A stretch of 64,000 nucleotides of DNA from positions 224,001-288,000 of the forward strand of contig CAWFFN010000012.1 of assembly GCA_963815115.1 (NCBI GenBank), written 5' to 3'. Below the pieces are notes generated by a model. It was not told the DNA's origin. It ran no database searches and saw nothing but the letters and a program-made list of their open reading frames with translations. This stretch comes from an uncultured delta proteobacterium. Lineage in GTDB: Bacteria > Desulfobacterota > Binatia > DP-6. The stretch's first letter is position 1, and the number at the start of each line of letters is the position of its first letter. The position numbers and the translations under genes are program-made. Below are positions 9,071 through 20,140 of the stretch, one piece after another.

Positions 9071-10456
9071 CTACCTGCGGGGCACCGCGGCCGCGACGAC
9101 GTCCGCCACGCTCGCCGCGCGCGGCAGCGCCGCGACCGCCGCCGCGAGGCGCTCGACCTGTGCCTCGGGAAGCGCGCGCCGGGCGAGGGCACGGAACTTC
9201 GCGTCCAGCCCCGCGGCGTCGGGGAAGCGTTCCGGGTCGCCCAGCGCATGCGTGACGTGCTCTTCGAGCCGCCGTCCGTCGCGCAGCAGGATGCGGACCC
9301 ACGCCGGCCAGACACGCGGATACTGCGCGTCGAGATGCTCGTCGTGCACGGCGACGACGCGGTCCATCACCCGTGCGACCAGCGCGTCGTCCAGGGTCGC
9401 CGGCACGAACTCGGCGGGCGAAGCGGCGCCGCGCGCCAGCGCGACGGCGATCCCGAAGGGCAGGCTGAACTGCTCGTCCACGACCGAGCGCGGCCGGCGC
9501 TTGTGCTCCTCGGGCTCGTAGACGATCGGGAAGGCCGCCGACACGATCCCGACCTCGACGCGCTCGACCGCGTCCGGATCGATCGCGTGGGTGGCGCGCA
9601 GCGCCAGCGCCGCGTCGATGGGCGCCTGCATGTACCGGCAGCAGGCGTGCGGCTTGATGCCCGTTCGCATCAGCTCGAAGCCCTCGGCGGGGTCGTCGAG
9701 GGGCTCCAGGCGCGGCGCCTCCGAGTAGGCGTGGAGGAAGCCGAAGCGGCCCTCGACGACGCTCGCGGGCGCGCGAAAGCCCGCGCCGGCGAGCGCCGCC
9801 GCGTGCAGTCCCGCCGAGGCCGACCACCCCGGATGCAAGCGCTTCGTCCAGGCACCGTCGGCGAGAAACTCCATGGAGCCCGCAGCCTGGCTGCCGGCGA
9901 TCCCGAGCGCGCGGGCGAGCGCATCGGCGTCGAGGTCGAGCAGCAGGCCCGCTGCCGTCGCGGCGCCGAACGCGCCGCACGTCCCGGTGGGATGGAAGCC
10001 GCGCGCATAGTGCGCGGCGGGTCCCACCGCCATCGCGAGCCGGGCCGCCACCTCGTAGCCGGCGAGAGCCGCGCGCAGGAACGCCTCGCCGCCCGCCCGT
10101 GCGAGCTCCGCGGCGGCCAGAGCCGCCGGGAAGACGCTCGCGCCGAGATGGATCGAACCTCCCTGATGGGTGTCGTCCATCTCGATGGCATGGGCGGCGG
10201 CGCCGTTGGCGAGCGCCGCCTGCGGCAGGGGAAGCCGCCCGGTCGTGCCCAGGACGGTGCCATCTCCGCGCAGCGCGAGCCGTTCGAGCCCCTGGCGAAG
10301 CGCCCGGCTGGAATCCTCCGGGACCCCCGCCAGCGCGACTCCGAGGAAGTCGAGGAAGAGGTCGTTCGCACGCGCGAGGACCTCCGGCGGGACGGCCGCG
10401 GTGCGGAGCGCCGTCATCTCCACCGCGAGCCGCATCGCCAGCGGAGGACGGCTCAC
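9071..10456 (-). CDS. MmgE/PrpD family protein
   Basis: ANGAAAHAIEMDDTH, GYEVAARL, GFHPTGTCG, KRLHPG, KPHACC, QFSLPF. Confidence 0.92.
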   Translation of the reverse strand: MSRPPLAMRLAVEMTALRTAAVPPEVLARANDLFLDFLGVALAGVPEDSSRALRQGLERLALRGDGTVLGTTGRLPLPQAALANGAAAHAIEMDDTHQGGSIHLGASVFPAALAAAELARAGGEAFLRAALAGYEVAARLAMAVGPAAHYARGFHPTGTCGAFGAATAAGLLLDLDADALARALGIAGSQAAGSMEFLADGAWTKRLHPGWSASAGLHAAALAGAGFRAPASVVEGRFGFLHAYSEAPRLEPLDDPAEGFELMRTGIKPHACCRYMQAPIDAALALRATHAIDPDAVERVEVGIVSAAFPIVYEPEEHKRRPRSVVDEQFSLPFGIAVALARGAASPAEFVPATLDDALVARVMDRVVAVHDEHLDAQYPRVWPAWVRILLRDGRRLEEHVTHALGDPERFPDAAGLDAKFRALARRALPEAQVERLAAAVAALPRAASVADVVAAAVPRR

Positions 10457-11932
10457 GCCGTGTCCTCCGATGCGCGAGCCGCCGTCACGTGCTCCCGCCA
10501 GCGGGCGAGCCGCGCCTCGCGCTCGTCGCTGCCCAGACGCGGCTCGAACAGTCGTTCCCGGCGCCAGGCGTGGACGAGGTCGTCGGGTCCTGCCCAGACG
10601 CCGGTCGCCAGCCCGGCCAGGTAGGCGGCGCCGAGCGCGGCGGCGTCGAGCACGGCGGGCCGCTCGACCGGTAGCCCGAGCGCATCGGCCTGCGCCTGGA
10701 GGAGCACGTCGTTGCGCGCCGCGCCGCCGTCGGCGCGCAGCGAGGCCGGCGCCGGATGGGGCGAGTCGGCGCGGAGCGCGTCGTAGACCTCCCGGCAGCG
10801 CCACGCGATGCCCTCCAGGACGGCGCGCACGACGTGCGCTCGCGTCGTTGCGCGTGAGAGCCCGCCGATCACCGCGCGCGCGCCCGGATCGAGGTAGGGA
10901 GTGCCGAGGCCCTGGAAGGCGGGCACGGCCCACACGCCGCCGCTGTCGGCGACCGACGCGGCGAGCGTCGCGGACTCCGCCTCATCGGCGATCACGCCGA
11001 GCCCGTCGCGCAGCCACAGCACCGCCGCTCCGGCGGTGATCGCCGTGCCCTCGAGGCAGAACGTGCGCTGCCCGTCGCGTTGCCAGAGCACCAGCGGATA
11101 GGCGCCATGGATCGAGAAGAGCGGCTCGGGTCCGGCGTTGAGGTCGATCATCGCCGCCGTGCCGTAGGTGATCTTCACCTCGCCTGCCGCTCAGCCGCAG
11201 GTGCCCCATCATCGCCGCTTGCTGGTCTCCCACGATGGCCGCGAACGGCGCCGCGCCGAGACCGAGGTCGTCGTCGACGGGTCCCAGGACGCCGCTCGAG
11301 TCGACGACCGCGGGGAGCGCGTTCTCGGGAATGCGCAGCGCCTCCAGCACGGCGGGGTTCCACGTGCCGGTGAAGAGGTCGTAGAGTCCCGTGCACGACG
11401 CGTTGGACGGGTCGGTCGCCTGGACCCGTCCGCCGGTCAAGCGGGCGGCCAGCCACGCATCGAGGGTCCCGCAGCGCAGCCGGCCGGCGCCGATCTCCGT
11501 ACGCCGCGGATCGACGCGATCGAGGAGCCACTCGATCTTGCTCGCCGCCATCAGCGGCGTGATCATGAGGCCGTGCGCCATCAGGTCGCGACAGCGCTCC
11601 TGGGTGCGCACGTCCTGCCAGGAAAGCGCGGCGCCGACCGGACGACCCGATTTCGCCTCCCAGGCGACGGCGGTGGAACGCTGGGTGGTGAGCCCGAGCC
11701 CCCGGACCTCGGCCGGGCTGACGCCGGCGGCCACGGATCGGATCACGTCCCGGACGGAGGCGAGGAGCGCGTCGAGGTCGTGCTCGACCAGCCCGGGTGC
11801 CGGATGGGCGGGAAGCGCCTCACGGTAGGCCTGGCCGAGCACGCTGCCGGACTCGTCCAGCAGGAGCGCCCGCACGCCGGTGGTGCCGACGTCGAGCGCC
11901 AGGACGAGTCCCCGGGCGGTGCTGCGGGCCAT
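10453..11932 (-). CDS. glpK: Glycerol kinase / FGGY kinase, frameshifted near 11190
   Basis: LALDVGTTGVRA, TTQRST, SWQDVR, TDPSNASCT, GDQQAA in one frame; KITYGT, LEG, VPAFQGLGTPY, DGGAARN in the next. Confidence 0.8.
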
Positions 11933-12028
11933 GGGGCGCTTCATAGTGCAGGTGGCGGCGCGGCGTAAACCTTCGCGCCGGGGCGCCCTCTTGACGGCCC
12001 GGGCGGCGTTCGGAGACCATTGCCCGTC

Positions 12029-13162
12029 ATGCTGGTCAAGATGAGACGCGACGCCACGGCGGACGAGATCCAGACCGTCGAGCGCAAGCTTCACGATCTG
12101 GGCTTCAAGACCGGCAAGCTCGAGGGTGAGGAGATCACCCTGGTCGGCGTCTACGGGGACATCTCCAAGCTGCCCCAGGGCGAGATCGCGGAGCTGGCGG
12201 GCGTCGAGCAGCTCATCCCGATCTCGCGCGCCTACAAGCGCGTGGCGCAGAAGGGAAGCCCCGGGAGCCCCATCTTTCAGACGGTGCGGATCGGCGAGCT
12301 TGCCTGCGGCGGCGACGATCTGGTGTTCATCTCCGGCCCGTGCTCGGTGGAGAGCGAGCGCCAGATCATGGACGCCGCCCGCATGGTGAAGGAGGCGGGC
12401 TGCCAGGCGCTCCGCGGGGGCGTCGTCAAGTACCGCTCGAGTCCGTACAGCGGCTGGGAAGGCCTCGGCGCCTCCGACAGCGAGGCGCTGCGCAAGGGCC
12501 TCGAGCTGATCGTGCGGGCGGGACGCGAGTTCGGCCTGCCCACGGTGGTCGAGATCCTCGATCAGGCCGACGTCCAGCGCTACGAGGACGCGGGCGTCGA
12601 CTGCCTGCAGATCGGCGAGCCCAACAGCAAGAATCAGGCGTTGCTCAACCGCCTGCGCGACACCCGCTTGCCGGTGATCCACAAGCGCGGCAACTCGCTC
12701 GACACCGAGGCGTACCTGCTGTGGGTCGAGCGCATGATGACCGGCGGCAAGGAGAACATCATCCTGTGCGAGCGCGGCATCGCGAGCGCCAACCGCTACA
12801 CGCGCAATACGCTCGACGTCGGCTCCATCGCGGCCTTCCGCTATCAGCTGTCCTGCCTGCCGATCGCCGTCGATGCGTCGCACGGGACGGGCGTGCGCGA
12901 CCTGGTCCATCCCGCGACGCTGGCGGGGATCATGGCGGGCGCGTCGGTGGTGCTGGTCGAGGCACACCCCAACCCGCTCATCGCCAAGTCGGACGGCCAC
13001 CAGGGTCTGTTCGAGGAGCAGCTCGTGAGCCTCGTCCGGGCGTCCAGGGAGACGTGGAAGCTGCGGCAGGAGCTCGATCGCGGCTATCTGGCCTCGGCGG
13101 CGCTCGAGAAGGGCTATCTCGCCCGCATGGACGCGGACAAGGCGCGCTTCTTCAGGAGCTAG
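12029..13162 (+). CDS. aroF: DAHP synthase type I-beta-like aldolase with N-terminal regulatory domain (divergent active site)
   Basis: GPCSVE, LRGG, KRG, LCERGI, RNTLD, DASHGTG, EAHPNP..AKSDG; alternative TTG start at 12020. Confidence 0.75.
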   Translation: MLVKMRRDATADEIQTVERKLHDLGFKTGKLEGEEITLVGVYGDISKLPQGEIAELAGVEQLIPISRAYKRVAQKGSPGSPIFQTVRIGELACGGDDLVFISGPCSVESERQIMDAARMVKEAGCQALRGGVVKYRSSPYSGWEGLGASDSEALRKGLELIVRAGREFGLPTVVEILDQADVQRYEDAGVDCLQIGEPNSKNQALLNRLRDTRLPVIHKRGNSLDTEAYLLWVERMMTGGKENIILCERGIASANRYTRNTLDVGSIAAFRYQLSCLPIAVDASHGTGVRDLVHPATLAGIMAGASVVLVEAHPNPLIAKSDGHQGLFEEQLVSLVRASRETWKLRQELDRGYLASAALEKGYLARMDADKARFFRS

Positions 13163-14726
13163 CGCCCCGCAGATCGTAGTCCCGCATCTTGCGCTGCAGC
13201 ATGTAGCGCGAGATGCCGAGCGCGCGCGCCGCCCGCGAGACGTTGCCGTTGTGCAGCTGCAGCACGGTGGCGACGTGCTGGGCCTCCCACGCGGCACGGG
13301 CCGGGCGCAGCTCGACCACCGAGGGCAGGGGGGCGCCGTTCGCGGGTTGCGGAGCGGTTGCGATGCGGATGGGAGCGACCAGCTTGCTCGAGAGATGCGC
13401 CACGCCGAAGCGGTCGCCGTCGCGCGCCAGGGCCACGCCGCGCTCGACCTCGTTCTGCAGCTCGCGCACGTTCCCGGGCCAGTTGTAGGCGACCAGCCTC
13501 TCCATGGCCGACGGCTCGAAGCCGTCGATGCGCTTGCGGTTGCGCTCCGCGGCCGCCGCCAGGAAGCGGTCGGCGATGAGCGGAATGTCGTCGCGCCGTT
13601 CGTGCAGGAGCGGTAGCCGGATGGGGAATGCGGCGATCCGGTAGTAGAGGTCCTCGCGGAAGCGCCGCTGCTCGACCTCGTGGCGCAGGTCGCGATTGGT
13701 CGCCGAGATCACGCGCACGTCGATGCGCCGCGGCCGGGTGTCGCCGAGCGGAACCACCTCGCCCTCCTGCAGCACGCGCAGCAGCTTGGCCTGCATCGCC
13801 GGCGGCATCTCGCCGATCTCGTCGAGCAGAACCGTCCCGCCCGCGGCCGCCTCGAAGAGGCCGCGCTGGTCGTGGATCGCGCCGGTGAAGGCCCCGCGGC
13901 GGTGTCCGAACAGCTCGCTCTCGAGCAAGGTCTCCGGAAGCGCCGCGCAGTTCACCGCCAGGAACGGCCCCTCGGCTCGGGTGCTGGCGCGGTGGATGCC
14001 GCGTGCCACCAGCTCCTTGCCGGTTCCCGTCTCACCCTCGAGGAGCACGACGATGGGCGAGTTGGCGGCGCTCTCCATGAGCGAGAACACCGCCAGCATG
14101 GCCGCCGAGCGGCCGATGATGTCGGCGAAGCCCTCGCGGCGCACGAGATCTCGCCTGAGCGCCCCGACCTGCACCCGCAGCCCCTCCTCGGAGGCCTTCA
14201 GGCGGGCGTAGAGCTGGGCGTTCTCGATCGCCACGGCGACGGCGCCGGCGAGCGCTTCCAGGAAGGCGAGGTCGTCGTCGTCGAACGCGCCGCCGTGCCG
14301 GTTGACGACCTGGAGAACGCCGATCGTCCCGTGTCGTGCGGCGAGCGGAGCCGCCACGCTGCTGCGGGTGGTACTTCCCGTGGCGCGATCGATCCCGGGA
14401 TAGAAGCGGGGATCGGCGTTGACGTCGTCCACCCGGATGGGACGGCCGGTCTGCAGCGCCGCGCCGGCGATGCCGCGGTCGGCGGGCAGGCGCAGCCCCA
14501 GGAGGCGATCGGCGACCTCCTGTCGCTCCGAGACGACGTAGGGGAAGTAGAGCTCCTGCCGTGCCTCGTCGAGGAGCAGCACCGAGGCGCCCTCGGCGTC
14601 GAGCACCTCCCGCACCTTGGTCATCACGAGCGGAATCAGCTCGTCCAGATCGATGCGGCCGGCAAAAGCGCAGCCGAGGTCGTAGAGCAGCCGGAGCCGG
14701 CTGCTGTCCTGAACTGATGATTGCAC
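13152..14726 (-). CDS. GAF-domain sigma54-dependent transcriptional activator (bEBP, Fis HTH)
   Basis: N-terminal GAF; [36 protein letters not shown]; [17 protein letters not shown]. Confidence 0.93.
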   Translation of the reverse strand: MQSSVQDSSRLRLLYDLGCAFAGRIDLDELIPLVMTKVREVLDAEGASVLLLDEARQELYFPYVVSERQEVADRLLGLRLPADRGIAGAALQTGRPIRVDDVNADPRFYPGIDRATGSTTRSSVAAPLAARHGTIGVLQVVNRHGGAFDDDDLAFLEALAGAVAVAIENAQLYARLKASEEGLRVQVGALRRDLVRREGFADIIGRSAAMLAVFSLMESAANSPIVVLLEGETGTGKELVARGIHRASTRAEGPFLAVNCAALPETLLESELFGHRRGAFTGAIHDQRGLFEAAAGGTVLLDEIGEMPPAMQAKLLRVLQEGEVVPLGDTRPRRIDVRVISATNRDLRHEVEQRRFREDLYYRIAAFPIRLPLLHERRDDIPLIADRFLAAAAERNRKRIDGFEPSAMERLVAYNWPGNVRELQNEVERGVALARDGDRFGVAHLSSKLVAPIRIATAPQPANGAPLPSVVELRPARAAWEAQHVATVLQLHNGNVSRAARALGISRYMLQRKMRDYDLRGASS

Positions 14727-14751
14727 GGTTCATCATCCCTTAGCCGGCTCG

Positions 14752-14816
14752 CGGTGCCAGGTAAAGTTGGCGCCGAATACTCCGCGCTGCGTATCCGCCT
14801 ACCGTGGGTGGCACCG
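14752..14816. promoter_or_regulatory. Putative enhancer (UAS) for the GAF-bEBP
   Basis: CGGTGCCA-N8-TGGCGCCG inverted repeat (14752-14775) and a further TGGCACCG half site (14809-14816), about 60-130 bp upstream of the sigma54 promoter. Confidence 0.5.
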
Positions 14817-14878
14817 AGCGGCAGGGGCCTCCGGACAAATCACGTGCGAAATCGTGGCCTTCCGCGCTTCGGTGGGGC

Positions 14879-14894
14879 TGGCACCGCGGTTGCA
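14879..14894 (+). promoter_or_regulatory. Sigma54 -24/-12 promoter
   Basis: TGGCAC-CGCGG-TTGCA, exact consensus, divergent from a bEBP gene. Confidence 0.85.
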
Positions 14895-14940
14895 TCCTGA
14901 CAGCTTATCGTTTTCTAGCAAGCTCAAGAGGAGAAGCACG

Positions 14941-15186
14941 ATGATCACTCTCGGAACGACGTTGGGGGCCATCAACTCGAGCATTCCGCCCGCGACGGTG
15001 GGAGCGATGCTCTCCCTGCGGGATCCCGGGAGCTGGACGCTCGCGGAGGTCGTCGCCGGGCTCGGAGCGTTCACCGTGGCGACGCTGGGCGTGCTGATCG
15101 TCGCACTGCTGAAGGGCGAGTATCAGAGCCCCGTGGAAACCATCATCACGCGTCATCCGGACAGCCACCTGAAGGACGCCGCCTGA
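14941..15186 (+). CDS. Small single-TM hypothetical protein (81 aa, ends KDAA)
   Basis: GAGGAG RBS; TM segment VVAGLGAFTVATLGVLIVALL; directly downstream of the sigma54 promoter. Confidence 0.7.
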   Translation: MITLGTTLGAINSSIPPATVGAMLSLRDPGSWTLAEVVAGLGAFTVATLGVLIVALLKGEYQSPVETIITRHPDSHLKDAA

Positions 15187-15196
15187 GGAGACATCC

Positions 15197-15382
15197 ATGT
15201 TCTCTTTCGTCGAATCATCGCTCGCCGAGGCCATCCTGCGCAGCGCGCGTGACCTGGCGACGGACTCCATCCCCAGCGCGTCCGCCATTGGCGTGGCGGT
15301 CGCGATCGGCGCGGCGCTGTTCGCGTGGATGCGACGCGCCCGCCGCAGCGGACGCCCGCAACCCCTCCCGGCCACGGCGTGA
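15197..15382 (+). CDS. Small single-TM hypothetical protein (61 aa)
   Basis: GAGGAG RBS overlapping the previous stop; TM AIGVAVAIGAALFAW followed by basic MRRARRS. Confidence 0.65.
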   Translation: MFSFVESSLAEAILRSARDLATDSIPSASAIGVAVAIGAALFAWMRRARRSGRPQPLPATA

Positions 15383-15398
15383 CGCTGCAGCCGCGCTG

Positions 15399-16379
15399 CT
15401 ACTCCCACACGGGAGCCAGACGCCCGGGGTAGCGAGCCCCCTCCGCTGCCCCGGGCGGCAGCGCGGCCTCGAGGCGCGCGACGTCCTCGGGCGTCAGGGC
15501 GACCGCCGCCGCGCCTGCATTCTCCTCGAGACGCGCGCGTGACTTTGTCCCGGGGATCGGCACGATGTCCGGTCCCTTCGCGAGCAGCCAGGCGAGCGCG
15601 AGCTGGGCCGGCGTGCATCCCCTGGTTCCGGCGAGCTCGGCCACGCGTTCCACCAGGCGCACGTTGGCCTCGAACGCGCCCTCGGCGAAGCGGGGAGTCA
15701 CCTGGCGGTAGTCGTCCGGCGCGAAGTCGGCACGTGAACGGAACCGCCCGGTGAGGAGCCCGCGCCCGAGCGGGCTGTAGGCGAGAAAGCCGACGCCCAG
15801 CTCGCGGCAGGTCGGGATCACCTCGGCCTCGGCGTCACGCGTGAGCAGAGAGTACTCGGTCTGCAGCGACGCGACGGGGTGAACGCGCACGGCTCGCCGA
15901 AGGGTCTGCGGGCCCGCCTCGGAGAGACCGATGTGGCGCGTCTTGCCGGCCCGTACCAGCTCCGCCATCGCACCCACGCTGTCCTCGATCGGCACCGTCG
16001 GGTCGATCCGATGAAGCTGGTAGAGATCGACGTGGTCGACGGCGAGCCGGCGCAGGCTGGCGTCGCAGGCGGAGCGGATGTAGGCCGGGCTGCCATCGAT
16101 GCCGCGGATCCCCCGGGTGGCGGTATCGCGTACGATGCCGCACTTGGTGGCGACCACCGCGCGATCGCGACGGCCGCGGAGGGCGCGGCCGACCAGCTCC
16201 TCGTTGGTGAAGGGGCCGTACATGTCGGCCGTGTCGAGGAGCGTCACGCCGAGCTCGAGGGCACGATGGATGGTGGCGACCGCCTCCGTCTCGTCGCTCG
16301 GACCGTAGAACTCGCTCATGCCCATGCAGCCGAGGCCGATGGCGGAGACCTCGAGGGCGCCGAGTCGTCTTGTCTGCAT
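15399..16379 (-). CDS. Aldo/keto reductase
   Basis: [48 protein letters not shown]. Confidence 0.95.
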   Translation of the reverse strand: MQTRRLGALEVSAIGLGCMGMSEFYGPSDETEAVATIHRALELGVTLLDTADMYGPFTNEELVGRALRGRRDRAVVATKCGIVRDTATRGIRGIDGSPAYIRSACDASLRRLAVDHVDLYQLHRIDPTVPIEDSVGAMAELVRAGKTRHIGLSEAGPQTLRRAVRVHPVASLQTEYSLLTRDAEAEVIPTCRELGVGFLAYSPLGRGLLTGRFRSRADFAPDDYRQVTPRFAEGAFEANVRLVERVAELAGTRGCTPAQLALAWLLAKGPDIVPIPGTKSRARLEENAGAAAVALTPEDVARLEAALPPGAAEGARYPGRLAPVWE

Positions 16380-16477
16380 GGCACAGTGCGTATGCCCGGG
16401 GTGGGTCTCTCGCAACCCGATACGGGGTGCGCGCCGGGCCGTCCCGCCCCCCTTTACACGAGGGGGTTCGGGTGCTC

Positions 16478-16900
16478 TCAGGCGCGAGCGCCAGGGTCCG
16501 CGAGCACCTCGGACGGGGCGCTCGGGTCGTAGTAGAGTTCCTGCTGCGCGATGCGATCGCCGCGGTAGCGGTAGATGACGACGTAGTTCGATCGCAGCCT
16601 GCGGCCGTCCTCGTGCGTCCAGTCGAAGTGGATGCGGACGAAGGCGGCGTCGCCCGCGGGCACGATGACGCGCTCGACCGCCTCGTAGCGGATGTCCCGG
16701 CAGCGCCGGATGGTCAGGGCGATGAACTCGAGGGTGCGCGCGACGCCCTCGATGCGCCGCGGCCAGTCGAAGAGGCGGACGGTCGGGCTCAGGTAGACGA
16801 CGCCGGGATCGTAGCGCTCGCGGACCGGCGCGAGGTCGCCGGCGGCGAATGCCCGCGCGAACGACGCCTCCTGTGCCTCGAGCTTCTCCGGACTGATCAC
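16478..16900 (-). CDS. NTF2/SnoaL-like protein
   Basis: [38 protein letters not shown]; GTG overlaps the upstream stop. Confidence 0.75.
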   Translation of the reverse strand: MISPEKLEAQEASFARAFAAGDLAPVRERYDPGVVYLSPTVRLFDWPRRIEGVARTLEFIALTIRRCRDIRYEAVERVIVPAGDAAFVRIHFDWTHEDGRRLRSNYVVIYRYRGDRIAQQELYYDPSAPSEVLADPGARA

Positions 16901-19251
16901 GGCGCCGCCGGCGGAGGCTCCTCCGCCTTCGTCACCCGGCAGGACACGGCGCGATGGTGCGGGATGCCCGTGAACGGGTCGCGATCGGCGACGTCGGTGA
17001 GCTCGTTCTGGTTCGCGCCCACCAGACCCTCCACTCCCGGGAACCGCATCCCGAAGCCGTTCGGCATCCAGACGTGTCCCGCCTGGAGCTTGGCATCGAT
17101 CTGGGCGGGCATGGTGAGCGCGCCGCGGCGGGTCGACAGGACGACCGCGTCGCCGTTGCCGACCCCGAGCCGGTCCGCGTCCTGCGCCGAGAGGTTGAGG
17201 GCGCAGTGCGGGCCGCGGCCCTTGCGCCAGCGCGGGTCGCGCTGAATGGTGTTGGCGGTCCACCGCGTGCGCAGGCCGGCGGCGAGCACGAGCGGGAACT
17301 CGGGGTCCACGGTCGGGGGCGTGTCGATGGCGCGCCGCAGCTCGCCGAGCATCGGCTCGGGCGCGAGGCGGACGAGGCCGTCCGGAAAGCCCACATGGTC
17401 GGCCAGGTTGGTCTCGACGCGCTGGCGCGCGACCTCGACACCCTCGGGATGGGCGAGGATGCGGCGGAAGATCTCGGTCGCGAGCTCGAACGGCGCGCGT
17501 CCCTGCCACTCGGCGCCCAGGGCGCGCAGCACCGAGTCCGGGCGGAAGAGCGCGTTCAGGCCGCAGAGCAGCCAGATGGCGGAGAGCGACGGCGCAGGCA
17601 GGTGCGGGCCGAGGGCGCGATAGCTCCAGAAGATGAGCCTGGTCTCGTCGCCGGAGGCGAGCGCCTGGCCCGCCATCATGTACGCGGCAGCGCCGTCGGG
17701 CTCGAGCGCGCTTGCCGCCAGCTCGTGCAGCTGCGCGGGCACGGGTCCGAAGAGCTCCATCGCCTCGGCGAGGCGCACGTAGATCTCGGGCTCGGTGAGA
17801 GCCTCGGGCGGCGGCGGAACGATCGGCGGGCGCACCTGGGTGTGGATCTCGGGGTAGCGCTTCGGGAAGATCGTGAACTCCCACTTCTCGTAGCCGCAAG
17901 GCGTCGGCAGCACGTAGTCCGCCAGCTCGGCGGTCTCGGTCATCGCCGGGTCGACGACGACGAGGAGATCGAGCCGCTCGCGCGCCTCACGCCAGCGCTG
18001 CGTGTCGGAGTAGGACAGGAGCGGGTTCGAGCCCTCGACGATGATGGCGCGGATGCGCTCGGGGTGGTCGATCAGCGTCTCCTCGGGCACGAGCGTGGGA
18101 GAGAACATGCCGGCATTGCCCAGCGCGCGGATCGCGGGAATGCCGGAGGCGAGCGCCCGCTCCGGCTCCCGGATGAGGCTCGGATCGACGACGGGCGGGG
18201 GCAGCATCTCCAGGAAGACGCCTCCGCCCCGATTGCCGACGTTGCCGGTGAGCAGATGGAGCAACCGGATCAGCCAGGCGTTGAGCGTCGAGAAGGGCGC
18301 CTGCTCGACGCCCAGGTCGAAGAAGATGGCCGCCGACTCGGCGGCGGCGAAGCCGCGCGCGGTCTCCGAGATCTCGCCGACCCCGAGTCCGCAGCGGCGC
18401 GCCATCTCGCCGACGTCGATGTCCTCGAGCGCCTGCCGTACGGTCTCGAACCCGACGGTGCGCTCGCGCAGGAACGCCTCGTCCACCAGGCCCTCGCGCA
18501 CGATCACGGCGGCGAGCGCCAGCAGCAGGTAGACGTCGGTGCCCGGGCGCACGCGGAGATGCCGGTCGGCGCCGCGCGTGGTCTCGGTCTCGCGTGGGTC
18601 CACCACCACCAGCGTGCGCCCCGGGTCGTCGGCGTAGCTCTTGAGGGTTTCGGTGGGGTTGTGGCCGCGGTTGGATATCTTCGGGTTGGTGCCCATGACG
18701 AGCAGGTAGCGCGAGTGCTCCGCATCGGGATGGAAGAACGCGGCGGGCGAGGCGGCGAACATCCACTGGTCCAGCAGGTTGTGCTGGGTCTTCTCCTGGG
18801 CGAAGGCATTGAACCAGCGCCGCGAGCCGAGCGCGCGCAGGAAGCCGACGCCGTACGCGCCGTCCATGTGGTTGCCCTGGCCGCCGATGCCGACGAGCGC
18901 GATCGCGCGCGCCGAGTGCCGGTCGCGGATGTCGCGCAGCTTGGCGGCGATCTCCGTGATCGCCGTGTCCCAGGAGATGCGCTCGAAGGTGCCGTCGGGC
19001 CGCCGGCGCAGCGGGTGCTGGGTGCGCTGCGCGTGCCGCACGTAGGCCCCGATGCTGAAGGCCTTGTTGCACACGTAGCCCTCGGTGATGGGATTGTGCT
19101 CGTCGGCGCGCACCTCGACGATCTCGCCGGCTCGCACGTCGACGCGCAGGCCGCAGTTGTGGCTGCACAGCACGCACGCGGTGGCGAGGTCGTCCGCGTC
19201 GAGCGGGATCGGAGTGCGGGAGATGCACGGATCGACGGCCTGGGTCTGCAT
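16897..19251 (-). CDS. Molybdopterin-dependent oxidoreductase
   Basis: CVLCSHNCG...CNK Fe-S motif, [36 protein letters not shown]-terminal molydopterin-binding domain. Confidence 0.9.
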   Translation of the reverse strand: MQTQAVDPCISRTPIPLDADDLATACVLCSHNCGLRVDVRAGEIVEVRADEHNPITEGYVCNKAFSIGAYVRHAQRTQHPLRRRPDGTFERISWDTAITEIAAKLRDIRDRHSARAIALVGIGGQGNHMDGAYGVGFLRALGSRRWFNAFAQEKTQHNLLDQWMFAASPAAFFHPDAEHSRYLLVMGTNPKISNRGHNPTETLKSYADDPGRTLVVVDPRETETTRGADRHLRVRPGTDVYLLLALAAVIVREGLVDEAFLRERTVGFETVRQALEDIDVGEMARRCGLGVGEISETARGFAAAESAAIFFDLGVEQAPFSTLNAWLIRLLHLLTGNVGNRGGGVFLEMLPPPVVDPSLIREPERALASGIPAIRALGNAGMFSPTLVPEETLIDHPERIRAIIVEGSNPLLSYSDTQRWREARERLDLLVVVDPAMTETAELADYVLPTPCGYEKWEFTIFPKRYPEIHTQVRPPIVPPPPEALTEPEIYVRLAEAMELFGPVPAQLHELAASALEPDGAAAYMMAGQALASGDETRLIFWSYRALGPHLPAPSLSAIWLLCGLNALFRPDSVLRALGAEWQGRAPFELATEIFRRILAHPEGVEVARQRVETNLADHVGFPDGLVRLAPEPMLGELRRAIDTPPTVDPEFPLVLAAGLRTRWTANTIQRDPRWRKGRGPHCALNLSAQDADRLGVGNGDAVVLSTRRGALTMPAQIDAKLQAGHVWMPNGFGMRFPGVEGLVGANQNELTDVADRDPFTGIPHHRAVSCRVTKAEEPPPAAP

Positions 19252-19724
19252 CACGAAGCCTCCTCGTTGGCGTGGACGCGCAGCGCCGGACCGGGCCGCG
19301 CGCGCATGTCGCGGGCCGTCAGCGGCTCCGTGCAATCGGGACAGGCGAGAACGGGCGTGATGACGTGCCCGCAGCCGCGATGGATCAGCTCGACGGGCGG
19401 CCCCGCCTCGCCCGCCATCCAGCGGTCACCCCAGCGTACCAGGGAGACGATGACGGGGTAGAGGTCGCGACCCTTCTCGGTGAGGCGATACTCGAACCGT
19501 GGCGGGCGATCCTGGTAGCGCACGCGCTCGAACACGCCCGCGGCGACCAGCCGCTTCAGCCGGTCGGCCAGGCGATGGCGGGTCAGCCCGACGGCGCGGA
19601 AGTCGTCGAAGCGGCGGACGCCGAGGAACGCGTCGCGCAGGACGACCAGGGTCCAGCGGTCTCCGACGACCGACAGGGCCCGCGCCACGGAGCAGGTCAG
19701 ATCGCCGACGTCAGCCCATCGCAT
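19251..19724 (-). CDS. HxlR-family winged-helix regulator
   Basis: CSVARALSVVGDRWTLVVLRDAFLGVRRF, EYRLTEKGRDL, WGD. Confidence 0.92.
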   Translation of the reverse strand: MRWADVGDLTCSVARALSVVGDRWTLVVLRDAFLGVRRFDDFRAVGLTRHRLADRLKRLVAAGVFERVRYQDRPPRFEYRLTEKGRDLYPVIVSLVRWGDRWMAGEAGPPVELIHRGCGHVITPVLACPDCTEPLTARDMRARPGPALRVHANEEAS

Positions 19725-19729
19725 GGCTC

Positions 19730-19746
19730 AGTTCCAAAACAGAACC
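19730..19746. promoter_or_regulatory. Putative HxlR operator
   Basis: AGTTC-CAAAACA-GAACC (GTTC-N7-GAAC) inverted repeat immediately upstream of the hxlR start. Confidence 0.55.
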
Positions 19747-19793
19747 CACTTACCGCCGACCCGCCGGGGATGCAAGCCAGAAAGCAGGGCGGC

Positions 19794-20120
19794 TTAGGGC
19801 CTCGACTGCGAGTCCGTGACGGCCAGCAGGTTGCCGGCGGGGTCGTAGACCTCCACGCCGCCGCCGTTGACGATGATGCCGACAGGGCTGTTCGCCTTGT
19901 ACGGAAACTTCGGATTGCTGCCGTTCTTCAGCGGAACCGACCGCAGGACGATGCTGTCGAAGGTGTAGGCGGACTGGAACTCCCGCGGCTGGCAGGGGAT
20001 GTCACCGAGACAGGGCTTCAAGGCGGGCACCAGGTAGACGCGGTTGTATCCGCCCGCCGTCGCAACGGCCGGCACGGTGAGCGCCGCCAACATGGTGAGA
20101 CGAAGAAGCAGGCGTTGCAT
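19794..20120 (-). CDS. Secreted hypothetical protein (108 aa)
   Basis: GAGGAG RBS; signal peptide MQRLLLRLTMLAALTVPAVATA; Cys pair. Confidence 0.65.
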   Translation of the reverse strand: MQRLLLRLTMLAALTVPAVATAGGYNRVYLVPALKPCLGDIPCQPREFQSAYTFDSIVLRSVPLKNGSNPKFPYKANSPVGIIVNGGGVEVYDPAGNLLAVTDSQSRP

Positions 20121-20140
20121 GGGGTGCTCCTCGGAAGCGA

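Noticed and set aside
14809-14824. Second TGGCAC as another sigma54 promoter
   Set aside because: No correctly spaced TTGC at -12; treated as an enhancer half-site
16447-16466. CCCCCT-TTACACG-AGGGGG hairpin
   Set aside because: Short stem, no U tract, single copy in the window; cannot be called a terminator or repeat
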